Below are positions 37,485 to 46,734 of a stretch of DNA of 64,000 nt, one piece after another. This stretch comes from Caldimicrobium sp. (GTDB lineage: Bacteria > Desulfobacterota > Thermodesulfobacteria > Thermodesulfobacteriales > Thermodesulfobacteriaceae): positions 488-64,487 of the forward strand of contig JANXCE010000008.1 in assembly GCA_025059715.1 (NCBI GenBank). Reading direction: 5' to 3'. A program made the position numbers and the translations under genes. The notes under the pieces are model-generated. The model was not told the DNA's origin and did not search any database. It saw only the letters and a program-made list of their open reading frames with translations. The first letter of the stretch is position 1. Each line of letters starts with the position of its first letter.

Positions 37485-38442
37485 TGTTTAGCTTCTCACT
37501 AAATTCTCACTAAACCTATCTCTCATCAAAGACTTAGAAATACTACAAAGACTTGAAGCAATCAAAGACGCCTCCTAAGGAAAAGAAGTTGCCTTTTGAC
37601 TAAAGGGCATCAAATTTCACAACACCTTTGGCACCAAGGCCACAGATTGGCCAAAAAGAAAATGCTCAAAACGGTGGCGAATGAGGTAATTGAGTCTATC
37701 CGTAGTTATAGGAGAGAACATCCTTGCCCACAGGGAAAAAAGCTTAAGCCTTTGGTGGATAGATCTTGTAGAAAAAGAAGGTTAAAGCATTGGTGTCCAC
37801 ATCTACGATTGGAAGAATTATAGAGTATTTGAAAGAAAAGGGGGTAAGCTTGATGAAGGGTAGTGAAGAAGCTTCAGCTTTTATGGCTTACGGGAAGGTT
37901 TATTGAGAGGGAGAAGAAGAGGAAGAAAAGGAAGCAGTATAGGGGCGGAGGGGATTACAGCCTGGAGACTTGGTGCAGATGGATGCAATTGTGTATTTTT
38001 GGGATGGGATTAGGAGGTATGTTTTGGTAGCAAAGGATGTGGCTAGTAGATTTGGATTGGCCCATGAGGAGTAGTCATTTATCGAGTAGCATTGGGAGGG
38101 ACTTTTGGAGTAAGTTTAAAGTGATAAGTCTCTTTTAAGATGCGGGGCGTGCAGAGCGACTTTGGGAGTGAGTTTTTAGGGGAATTTGCGAAGGAGCTAA
38201 AGAAGGAGGGAATGGGTATATAGAGAGGTTTAACAGGACATTGGAGGAAGAGTTTAATTGAGTATGAGGAGTGGATGTTGAAGGATGATTTGGAGGAGTT
38301 TAACCGGGTGCTTATGAGGTATTTGATATGGTATAATCCGGAGAGGGTGCATAGTGGACTTGGGAATGTATCGCCTTTGGAGTGGATTTGTTATAAATTT
38401 AACGAGAATTCCTCTCAGTCTAAAATCATATGGACTCATACA
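37485..38442 (+). mobile_element. IS481-like remnant copy 3 (near full length, multiply frameshifted)
   Basis: EVIESIRSYRREHP, GDLVQMDAIVYFWDGIRRYVLVAKDVASRF, FNRTLEEE, WYNPERVHSGLG; right end ...TGGACTCATACA at 38442; left boundary uncertain. Confidence 0.88.
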
Positions 38443-38485
38443 ATTTCTTGTGATTTTTAAAAAATTCCGTTAAAATAATTATTGT

Positions 38486-39142
38486 ATGTTTACGGGATTA
38501 GTAGAAGGCAAGGGCAGAATTAAAGCAATACAACCTCAAGGAAGTGGTTATCTTTTACAAGTAGAAAGTGAATTTCCCTTGACAAACACTAAGGTAGGAG
38601 ATAGTATAGCGGTTGATGGAGTTTGCCTAACAGCTATTTCTATCTCCTCTAAGAGCTTTACAGCCCATCTTTCTCCTGAAACAGTGTCTAAAACGACTCT
38701 TAAGCTCAAAAAACCTGGTGATTTAGTCAATATAGAACGTGCACTTAAGCTTGGAGACCCTGTTGGAGGACACTTAGTTTCTGGCCATGTAGATGGAATA
38801 GCAAAGATTCAAAAAATTACCTATCTGGAGGATTTTTATCTTTTCGAGATTGATATCCCTCAAGAGTTTTTGATCTATCTTATTCCAAAGGGCTCTATTG
38901 CTATAGATGGAATAAGTTTAACCATAAACGAGGTCAAAGATTCCCTAATTAAACTTATGATAATACCTCATACTTACAAAGTTACTACTCTTTGCTATAA
39001 AAAGGTAGGCGATTATGTAAATTTTGAAATTGATATGATAGCCAAAATGGTTTACAAATGGGTGAAGCCCTACATTGAGGAATCTTCTACAGTGGCCTCT
39101 ACCTTAACCATTGACTTTCTTAAGACCCACGGGTTTGCATGA
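38486..39142 (+). CDS. ribE: Riboflavin synthase (alpha type)
   Basis: MFTGLVE N-terminus, GDSIAVDGVCLT, GGHLVSGHVDG, KGSIAIDGISLT. Confidence 0.96.
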   Translation: MFTGLVEGKGRIKAIQPQGSGYLLQVESEFPLTNTKVGDSIAVDGVCLTAISISSKSFTAHLSPETVSKTTLKLKKPGDLVNIERALKLGDPVGGHLVSGHVDGIAKIQKITYLEDFYLFEIDIPQEFLIYLIPKGSIAIDGISLTINEVKDSLIKLMIIPHTYKVTTLCYKKVGDYVNFEIDMIAKMVYKWVKPYIEESSTVASTLTIDFLKTHGFA

Positions 39143-39261
39143 GAAGGTAAATGCATCTTGAAAATAGCCTCTGTTGGAAATAGCCTCTATGATAAAAGGC
39201 ACAGAATGTGGGTTTGAGAGTGTAAAATCTTATTAAAATCTTAAAAAAGGAGGATTGAAAT

Positions 39262-39807
39262 ATGCGACTTAATCCCGAAAAAGAGATAGTTGAACAACTT
39301 GCCTTAAAACTATTAGTGAGTGCCAGAACCGCTCCCAAAGCTCGGGGCCAAGATGATTTGGTTTTAGCCTTAGTTATGGAGCGAGATGAATTAGAGCAGA
39401 TAGCTCAGGAGATGGAGAGGATTGCGGAGCGGGGAGAGGCCTTTAGATTCTTTAAGAGAGATGCCAAAAATCTGAGGGATTCTGAAGCTCTGATCTTGAT
39501 TGCTCTTGATTTCAAAAGGCCAGTAGGCGTCAACTGTGGCGCCTGTGGTTTTACCTGTGATTCCATATTGCAGCAGGAAAAAAAAGTGGCAGACTATGAA
39601 GGCCCTGTATGTGCCATGCGACTAATTGATTTGGGAATTGCCATTGGTTCTGCGGTATCCCAAGCAAAAGATGCCTGTATAGATAATAGAGTAATGTATA
39701 CCATTGGGGTTGCAGTCAAACGCCTCGGGCTTATGCCTGGGCAGGTTATCTTGGGTATACCTCTAAGTGTGAAAGGCAAAAACATCTTTTTTGATCGGAG
39801 TCCATAA
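39262..39807 (+). CDS. DUF2148-like ferredoxin-domain protein
   Basis: ARTAPKARG, NCGACGFTC, GPVC, DLGIAIGSA, DNRVMYTIG, GIPLSVKGKNIFFDR. Confidence 0.75.
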   Translation: MRLNPEKEIVEQLALKLLVSARTAPKARGQDDLVLALVMERDELEQIAQEMERIAERGEAFRFFKRDAKNLRDSEALILIALDFKRPVGVNCGACGFTCDSILQQEKKVADYEGPVCAMRLIDLGIAIGSAVSQAKDACIDNRVMYTIGVAVKRLGLMPGQVILGIPLSVKGKNIFFDRSP

Positions 39808-39815
39808 ATACTTGG

Positions 39816-40454
39816 TTGAGATACTTGGTTAAGGTTAAAATCTGCGGAGTAACTAAAGTTGAAGATATAATTTTATTAGAGAATTTTTCGGTAGATTATC
39901 TCGGTTTCATCATGTATCCTCTCTCTCCGCGCTATGTGGGAGAAAAATTAAAAGAACTTTTGACCTTGGTAAAAAAGGCCAAGAAGGTCGTAGTTTTGGT
40001 AGATCCATCTGAAAAAGAAGCAAAAGAAGTCTTAGATTTGGGAGCAGATCTAATTCAGCTTCACGGTAATGAAAACTTAGAAATTGCAACAAAAATTGGA
40101 CTTCATAGGGTAATTAAAGCCTTTCGAGTAAAAGAGCCCTTTGATTTTAAGAGGTTAGAGCCGTGGAAACAAGTCTACGCCATATTGTTGGATACTTACC
40201 AAAAGGGGATTCCAGGGGGGACTGGGAAAACCTTTAACTGGGAAATAGCACGAAGAACAGTCTTAGAAGACTATAGGGTATTCTTAGCAGGAGGTTTAAA
40301 TCCAAATAATGTAATAGAGGCTATAAACATTGTCAGGCCCTATGCTATTGATATATCTTCAGGCTTGGAATCTGAACCGGGAATAAAAGATCCAGAAAAG
40401 GTAAAAGCTCTTTTCGAAGCCCTAAAAGAGAGAAGGGTGGAACCCCACCCCTGA
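39816..40454 (+). CDS. trpF: Phosphoribosylanthranilate isomerase
   Basis: VKICGVT, IQLHGNE, LLDT, GGTGKTFNW, LAGGLNP, DISSGLE. Confidence 0.95.
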   Translation: MRYLVKVKICGVTKVEDIILLENFSVDYLGFIMYPLSPRYVGEKLKELLTLVKKAKKVVVLVDPSEKEAKEVLDLGADLIQLHGNENLEIATKIGLHRVIKAFRVKEPFDFKRLEPWKQVYAILLDTYQKGIPGGTGKTFNWEIARRTVLEDYRVFLAGGLNPNNVIEAINIVRPYAIDISSGLESEPGIKDPEKVKALFEALKERRVEPHP

Positions 40455-40467
40455 GTTGATATTAAGC

Positions 40468-40674
40468 TCATCCAAAACCAAATCGGGATCCACCACAGGA
40501 ACTACCACCAAAACTAAAAGATTTATCCCAAGTGGTACAGAATGAGGAGAATTCCTTCTTTACATCTTTGGACCCACAATTAGGACATTTTACCGTCCTT
40601 TCATCCTCTTTTGAAACACAAAGAGTCTCAAAAATTTTTCCACATTGGGAACATTTAAATTCATAAATAGGCAT
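40468..40674 (-). CDS. FmdB-family zinc-ribbon protein
   Basis: MPIYEFKCSQCG...CPNCGS; TTGAAA-N16-TATAAT upstream at 40737-40710. Confidence 0.88.
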   Translation of the reverse strand: MPIYEFKCSQCGKIFETLCVSKEDERTVKCPNCGSKDVKKEFSSFCTTWDKSFSFGGSSCGGSRFGFG

Positions 40675-40777
40675 ATTAAGCACCCCCTCATCTATAATTA
40701 TTTACTAAAATTATAAACTTTTTTTAATTTTTTTCAAGGACTGACACCTGAAGACCTGGTTTTTATGTTATAATACG

Positions 40778-41965
40778 CTACAAGAAATATCCCGCTGAGG
40801 CTACACTGACAAAAGACCCCTTTCCGAAAGGCAAAGCCTCCTGATAGAAAATCTCTCCTCTACCTCTTAAGCCACCTTTTTCCAAAATTTTTGAAATAAC
40901 ATAAAGAGCGCTTGCTCCACAATTTTTTAACTGTTCACCTTCTTGGATCATTTTTTCTAAATCTTTGCTCTCTCCCTTAAAAGCGAGCTCCAGCATTCTT
41001 TTGTCTTTTTCTAAGGTATATTGTGCCAAAGATAAATCTGCAGGGAAGGGATCTCCATATCTCAACCCTCGATGACACATATCAATTCCTAAAACAAAAT
41101 AGGTTTTCTCATCTATTAGATCTGAAAGGCCCTCAACCAAGTCTTCTAAGAGTTCCTCATTTTCTTTTAAAATATAATAGGATCCAATTAGGAAGGGGAG
41201 AACTACCACTTCATCACCCAAAAGATATTTTATAAAAAGTGCTTGAAACTCAAGAGAGTGTTCCCTCTTATGAGCAATGTGATCGGGAAACAACTCCAGT
41301 TTCTTGGTTTTAGTAAGAAAAAGTAAGCCCCCACGGTCAACCCTTAAAATTCCAAAGGGAGTCGCTAAGTCTTTGGTTAAAACAGAGAATGGATAATCAA
41401 GATAATGACCCACTCCAAGTATTATAATTCTTGAACCAGAGGGAATTCTAAGTCTCTTATAGGCTTCTGCATAAGCTCTTGCTCCCGCTTCTATATCTAT
41501 GTGAGGAGCAATTAGAATTTTGGGGGCTATAGTGACCTCTTTCTGAACAAGATTTAATATCCTCTCACAAAAATTTCTGGCTTCTTCTGTATCAAGGGGA
41601 TAGGCTTGGTTTGCATGGGCCATTGGTCTAATATTAAGACCAAACCATTTCTCATAGACTCTTTCTTTAACCTCTTCAAATTTTTTGCTCCAAAGCAATC
41701 CCCTCTCATTTAAAAATTCCACTAACTTTATAATCTCCTCTAAAGGGACAATTTCTCCCGAAACTCTGGTAGCCTCAACCTGCAGGTCTCTAAGATCTCT
41801 TTTTCCATCCATCAAGGCAAGCAAATAGGCCACACTCTGGGGTAAAGCTATCAATTCCTCTACAAATCCTAAAGGATCCCTCAAATAGATTATAGGTTGT
41901 CCTTGATATTCCCCAGGAAAGGCATCCACCTGACGCAATATAGGCTTAAACGATGGATCCATCAC
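40778..41965 (-). CDS. MEMO1/AmmeMemo system protein B with N-terminal extension
   Basis: APHID, GVGHY, HKREHSLEFQ, DMCHRG, NCG; about 100-aa extra N-terminal domain. Confidence 0.82.
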   Translation of the reverse strand: MMDPSFKPILRQVDAFPGEYQGQPIIYLRDPLGFVEELIALPQSVAYLLALMDGKRDLRDLQVEATRVSGEIVPLEEIIKLVEFLNERGLLWSKKFEEVKERVYEKWFGLNIRPMAHANQAYPLDTEEARNFCERILNLVQKEVTIAPKILIAPHIDIEAGARAYAEAYKRLRIPSGSRIIILGVGHYLDYPFSVLTKDLATPFGILRVDRGGLLFLTKTKKLELFPDHIAHKREHSLEFQALFIKYLLGDEVVVLPFLIGSYYILKENEELLEDLVEGLSDLIDEKTYFVLGIDMCHRGLRYGDPFPADLSLAQYTLEKDKRMLELAFKGESKDLEKMIQEGEQLKNCGASALYVISKILEKGGLRGRGEIFYQEALPFGKGSFVSVASAGYFL

Positions 41966-42751
41966 CTACTCCTCCAAACCTTTAAAGTCTTCCACTGTTA
42001 GCTCTTGACAAGCTTCTTTTACTCTTTCAATTGCGGTAAAAAAATCCTCTCCAATTGTTCTTACCCTTAAACCATAGGCTCTTTGAATAGCCTTTCTTAC
42101 AATTTCACCTTTGAGTAAGGCATTCTCCCAACCAAATTCCCCATACTTCTCATTAACAACTCTATTGAGATCAATCAAAGCCTCCGCTCTCCTTCTCCTT
42201 TCCTCCACTGCCTCCTCAAGAGTTAACTCCAAAAACCCATCTATCTTAGCCAAAAAATTCTCATAAAAACTTGCCGGAAACCGACTGTCTTTCTCTTCTA
42301 TAGCGAAACCAAAGGTAATCAACATGGGTTCCTTTAGATAGGTAAACAGATCCTCTTCTTTAAGCTGAGGATCCTCGCGATAAAAATCCATATAAAGCCT
42401 ATAAGCCTGTTTTGACTTTTCTTTGACATTAGGGGGCTTCTCCGTATTAAATTCAAGAATGTAATGATAGAGACTTTCGTCCACTACAATAGCCAATATT
42501 TCTCTGGCTCCAAGATCACGCATTGCTTCCAAACGGTGTCTACCATCAACTACATAATACTTTCCATCCTTAGGAACTACTACAATGGGAGTTAAAAAAC
42601 CAAGTTTTTCTATAGCCATCTCTAAGTGTTTCTTTAAACTCTCAGAGATATCCCTTTGAAAGGGAGGAATAGAAATTTCCTCCAACCTGAAAATAGCTAA
42701 TTTTAGAGGCTGTCTCTTTACGGGATCTTCAAAGGAGGCTAAAACCTTCAT
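41966..42751 (-). CDS. ParB/Srx N-terminal-domain protein
   Basis: PFQRDIS, GFLTPIVV, YVVDGRHRLEA. Confidence 0.75.
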   Translation of the reverse strand: MKVLASFEDPVKRQPLKLAIFRLEEISIPPFQRDISESLKKHLEMAIEKLGFLTPIVVVPKDGKYYVVDGRHRLEAMRDLGAREILAIVVDESLYHYILEFNTEKPPNVKEKSKQAYRLYMDFYREDPQLKEEDLFTYLKEPMLITFGFAIEEKDSRFPASFYENFLAKIDGFLELTLEEAVEERRRRAEALIDLNRVVNEKYGEFGWENALLKGEIVRKAIQRAYGLRVRTIGEDFFTAIERVKEACQELTVEDFKGLEE

Positions 42752-42764
42752 AAAACCCTACCTC

Positions 42765-43880
42765 TTAGTCCGCACTTTTCCTAAGAATTGTTGGGATCTC
42801 TAATACATCTTCATTCAAAATCTCACGCCAATCTGCAGTCTTAATCTCCTCCCTTCTCTTGGTGATTCTCTCCATAGAAAGCACTTTCTCAGAGGGTTTG
42901 ACCTGCTCTTTTTCTAAACCCGTAGCAATAACAGTCAACCTAAGGGTTTCCCCCAAGGCTTCATCAAAGACTACCCCCAAGTAGACCCGAGCCTCGGGAT
43001 GTAATTCTTTAGATATAGTCCCGGTAATAATCTGGGTCTCTTGAAGGGTCAGAGTTTCTGGATGAACACTTATATTAAGAAGAAGTCCCTTGGCACCTCG
43101 AATGGAGAGATCCTCTAATAGAGGGCTTGAGATAGCCATTTGAGTAGCAATTTGAGCCCTATCTTCTCCTATCCCTTCTCCCATCCCCATAAGAGCAATT
43201 CCACCACTCTCCGTCATAACCGCCTTCACATCCGCAAAGTCCAGATTAATGTATCCAGGCGAAAGAATTAGATCAGAAATTCCCCTTACTGCATAATATA
43301 ATACATCATCTGCTTTTTTAAACATTTCATACAGCCTTTCCTGAGGCGCTCCTAATATAATTAATTTATCGTTTGGAATGGTAATCAAAGTATCTACATA
43401 TTTCTTCAATTCTTCTAAACCTTCCTCTGCCTGCCTGATACGGACCTTGCCTTCAAAAGTAAAAGGTTTAGTAACTACCGCTACAGTTAATATACCTAAT
43501 TCTTTACAGATTGACGCAATAACTGGAGTAGCCCCGGTTCCCGTTCCTCCTCCCATACCAGCAGCTAAAAAAACCATATCTGCATCTCTTAAACAGTCTC
43601 TTATATCCCTTTCTGATTCCTCTGCAGCTTTTCTGCCAATCTCAGGTTTACCACCTGCACCCAATCCCTTTGTTAAATTTTTACCTAACTGAATTTTAAC
43701 AGGTGCTGGGTTCAGAGAGAGAACCTTATAGTCTGTGTTGGCAGCAATAAACTCAACTCCCAATAGTCCCCTTTTGATCATATGAGCAACCGCATTCCCT
43801 CCAGCTCCTCCCACACCTATAACCTTAATATTAGGCTGATGTTTTATCTCTTCCTCCAATAGATCAAACGGTATAGCCAT
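42765..43880 (-). CDS. ftsZ: Cell division protein FtsZ
   Basis: IGVGGAGGNA, GMGGGTGTG, INLDFADV, C-terminal LEIPTILRK. Confidence 0.99.
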   Translation of the reverse strand: MAIPFDLLEEEIKHQPNIKVIGVGGAGGNAVAHMIKRGLLGVEFIAANTDYKVLSLNPAPVKIQLGKNLTKGLGAGGKPEIGRKAAEESERDIRDCLRDADMVFLAAGMGGGTGTGATPVIASICKELGILTVAVVTKPFTFEGKVRIRQAEEGLEELKKYVDTLITIPNDKLIILGAPQERLYEMFKKADDVLYYAVRGISDLILSPGYINLDFADVKAVMTESGGIALMGMGEGIGEDRAQIATQMAISSPLLEDLSIRGAKGLLLNISVHPETLTLQETQIITGTISKELHPEARVYLGVVFDEALGETLRLTVIATGLEKEQVKPSEKVLSMERITKRREEIKTADWREILNEDVLEIPTILRKSAD

Positions 43881-43892
43881 GGCAGCCTCCCT

Positions 43893-45098
43893 TTAGATTT
43901 TTAAAAATTGTTTTAATTTTCTCCACCATCCCTCTTTTTTTGACCGCTTTTGCATACTTTGAGCATAGTTCTGATAGGCATAAAGGAGCATTCCAACTGC
44001 AGTGGAATATCTAGGATGATAAATCTCCTCTGTTAATCCTGATAATCTTTCCGGATAACCAATCCTTGCAGGTAAATCCAATATTTGATCACAAAGATAA
44101 ATTAAACCAGGAAGAAGGACAGAACCTCCCGTCAAAACCACACCACTGGTGAGATAGGTCTTTGGAAAATTCTTAATTTCCGCATCAATCAAAACCAGTA
44201 ATTCTCTTACTCTTTCTTCTAATATCTCTGCTAAGATTTTTTTATTTATGCTTCTTGAGGGTCTATTACCAATTCCCGGAACCTCTATAAATTCCTCTTC
44301 GCCTACAAGTTCTCTTAAACAAACACCCTTTTCTATCTTTAATCTTTCCGCCTCCGCCTTAGTGGTCCTCAAACAAACCGCAAGGTCACCAGTTAGCAAT
44401 TCACCTCCAACAGGAACCGAGCCTGCAAATCTTAGTACTCCATCCTTATACACAACTAAATCGCTGGTTCCTCCACCAAAGTCTATAAGGAGCACTCCTA
44501 AGTCCTTTTCTTCAGGGGTTAATACAGCCTCCGCAGAGGCTAACCCCTGAAATATTACTCCATCTACTTCATACCCTATGTTCTCGAAACATCTGAGAAG
44601 ATTCTGCACATGGGACCTCTGAGCAGTAATAAGTAGAACATGAGCCTCTAATCTTATCCCAGTCATACCTACCGGTTGAGTGATACCTTTAGTTTGATCT
44701 ACTACAAACTCCTGAGGAATTACATGCAATAGGATTTTATCTTGGGATATATCTACCAACTGAGCAGAATTAAGGACTTCCTCTACATCTTGAGGTGTAA
44801 CCTCCTTTTCTCTAAGAGCCACCACACCCATACCCGATTGAATCTTAATATGGCTTCCCGCAATACTCGTAAAAACTAAATTTGGCATAACCTTTGCCTG
44901 TGTTTTTGCTCTTTCCACCGCATTTTTAATACTCTGAGTTGCCTCCTCAATGTTTACTACCCCTCCTCGCTTTAGACCCAAAGCTGGGGAAACTCCCATA
45001 CCAGTTACCCACAACTTACCATCTCTTTCCTCCCCTATTAAGGCACAAATCTTAGTTGTGCCCACATCTACTACTAATATTCCTCCATCCCTAACCAT
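43893..45098 (-). CDS. ftsA: Cell division protein FtsA
   Basis: DVGTTK, GMTGIRLE, DFGGGTSD, VLTGGS. Confidence 0.97.
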   Translation of the reverse strand: MVRDGGILVVDVGTTKICALIGEERDGKLWVTGMGVSPALGLKRGGVVNIEEATQSIKNAVERAKTQAKVMPNLVFTSIAGSHIKIQSGMGVVALREKEVTPQDVEEVLNSAQLVDISQDKILLHVIPQEFVVDQTKGITQPVGMTGIRLEAHVLLITAQRSHVQNLLRCFENIGYEVDGVIFQGLASAEAVLTPEEKDLGVLLIDFGGGTSDLVVYKDGVLRFAGSVPVGGELLTGDLAVCLRTTKAEAERLKIEKGVCLRELVGEEEFIEVPGIGNRPSRSINKKILAEILEERVRELLVLIDAEIKNFPKTYLTSGVVLTGGSVLLPGLIYLCDQILDLPARIGYPERLSGLTEEIYHPRYSTAVGMLLYAYQNYAQSMQKRSKKEGWWRKLKQFLKI

Positions 45099-45101
45099 AG
45101 T

Positions 45102-45827
45102 TTAACTCCTAAATTTAATCAATGCTTGCCCAAAAGGATAATCCATCCTTATTAAATCTATCTTCTCTATCTGCTTACTCTCATAGAGATATACCATAAT
45201 TCTATCAAGGTGTAGATAAAGTTTGGTTAGCTCCTCCGTCACACCCAAAGGAAAATAAATTTTTATATGATTTTTAGTTTGAAATATTATTTTATTTTTA
45301 TCCAAAGTTATCTTAGAATAATTTTCGTATACAGGAAGATACTTTTTATTAGTCTTTAACCATTCCAAAAAAGTCAAAAAGTTATCTTTCCAAGTCTCAT
45401 TCTTTATTTCTATCAGTGGATAATAAAGATAATCCTGAGGAAGAACCCCTCCTATAATTATCCCTTTTCTATCTATGAGATATCCCTTGTGCTCTTTAAT
45501 GAGAATGGCAAGGGCCTCCCGTTCTTTTATAATTATTTCAAGTAAGGAAGGAAGCCTCCGGATAATTACCACCTCTTCTATCAAAGGATGAGCCTTAAGT
45601 CTTTTCTCTAAATCCTTGAGATTTATTCGAAAAAGCCTTTCCTGACCCTTTAAATCTGTAAGCCTTTTCACTTCATCCGCTGAAATTTTTTTGTTGTTAA
45701 GAACCCTAATTTCTTTCAGTACAAAAAGATCCGTGAAATAAAGAACAAATACAACCATAAAGAGTAAAGTTTTAATTATCAAACCAGTAATAAGAAATAG
45801 CTTATATCTCGTCCAAAGGTTTCCCAT
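45102..45827 (-). CDS. ftsQ: Cell division protein FtsQ/DivIB
   Basis: Single TM, POTRA-like segment (RRLPSLLEIIIKERE), position before ftsA. Confidence 0.85.
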   Translation of the reverse strand: MGNLWTRYKLFLITGLIIKTLLFMVVFVLYFTDLFVLKEIRVLNNKKISADEVKRLTDLKGQERLFRINLKDLEKRLKAHPLIEEVVIIRRLPSLLEIIIKEREALAILIKEHKGYLIDRKGIIIGGVLPQDYLYYPLIEIKNETWKDNFLTFLEWLKTNKKYLPVYENYSKITLDKNKIIFQTKNHIKIYFPLGVTEELTKLYLHLDRIMVYLYESKQIEKIDLIRMDYPFGQALIKFRS

Positions 45828-46734
45828 TATCAAACCCCAAGAAATGGACCTCTGGTTCTAACCAAATACCAAAGGTTTCATAAACCCTCTTTCGCGCTAA
45901 TTTCATTAAAGCAAGAACATCCTCCGCCTTAGCTTTTCCAGTATTAACTATAAAATTAGCGTGCCTTTCAGATATCTTAGCCTCACCCCACTTGTATCCC
46001 TTCAAACCCACCTGTTCAATCATGGCCCCTGCAAATCCACCAGGGGGATTTTTAAAGGTGGATCCAAAGCTTTTCTCACCAAGGGGCTGGGTACTCCTCC
46101 TCTTTTTCCAAAGTTCCATAACTCTCTCCCTTAACCTGTGAGGCTCAACCTTAGAAAAATTTAATACCGCGGAAATAATGATCCCCTCTTGTTTAAAGGC
46201 TCTATAGGACCAAAAAGCTTCACTACTATCTATCTCCCTTAATCTACCCTTATCCCAGAGTTCAATCTTATTAACTATGGAGGAGGTCTCCTTTCCAAAG
46301 GCTCCCGCATTCATCCTTATAGCTCCCCCAAGGGTTGCGGGAACCCCTACCAAAAATTCAAATCCCTCATAGCCCTCTTGAATAGCTGTCCTTACAAGCT
46401 CTTTAATTCTTGTGCCTGAGAGCGCCTGAAGAATTAATTTTTCACCTCTGTAGAGCACCTCAATTCCCTTAAGATTCTTCATCGCTATTACCACTCCTTC
46501 ATAGCCCCTATCAGAGACAAGTATGTTACTCCCACCACCCAACACGAAATAAGGTATCGCCCTCTCTGATAAAAAGTTCAGGAGTTCTAAAAAAGTTGAT
46601 TTTTCCTGGGGAAAAACTACCCTTCGGGCTGGGCCTCCTATTCCAATAGTGGTATAGCGAGAAAGGGAAACCTCTCTCTCAAAGGGTATAGCTAATTTTT
46701 CTAAAAAAATATCCAGTTCTTTAAACCACCACAT
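45802..46734 (-). CDS. murB: UDP-N-acetylmuramate dehydrogenase
   Basis: LGGGSNILV, PATLGGAIRMNAGA, GSTFKNP, SERHANF. Confidence 0.96.
   Translation of the reverse strand: MWWFKELDIFLEKLAIPFEREVSLSRYTTIGIGGPARRVVFPQEKSTFLELLNFLSERAIPYFVLGGGSNILVSDRGYEGVVIAMKNLKGIEVLYRGEKLILQALSGTRIKELVRTAIQEGYEGFEFLVGVPATLGGAIRMNAGAFGKETSSIVNKIELWDKGRLREIDSSEAFWSYRAFKQEGIIISAVLNFSKVEPHRLRERVMELWKKRRSTQPLGEKSFGSTFKNPPGGFAGAMIEQVGLKGYKWGEAKISERHANFIVNTGKAKAEDVLALMKLARKRVYETFGIWLEPEVHFLGFDNGKPLDEI

Noticed and set aside
38442-38486. FMN riboswitch upstream of ribE
   Set aside because: Only 43 nt between the IS end and the start codon; no RFN consensus
39162-39188. Direct repeat AAATAGCCTCT twice at 16-nt period between ribE and the DUF2148-like gene
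   Set aside because: Only two copies of an 11-mer; could be an operator or a small duplication, but there is no further support
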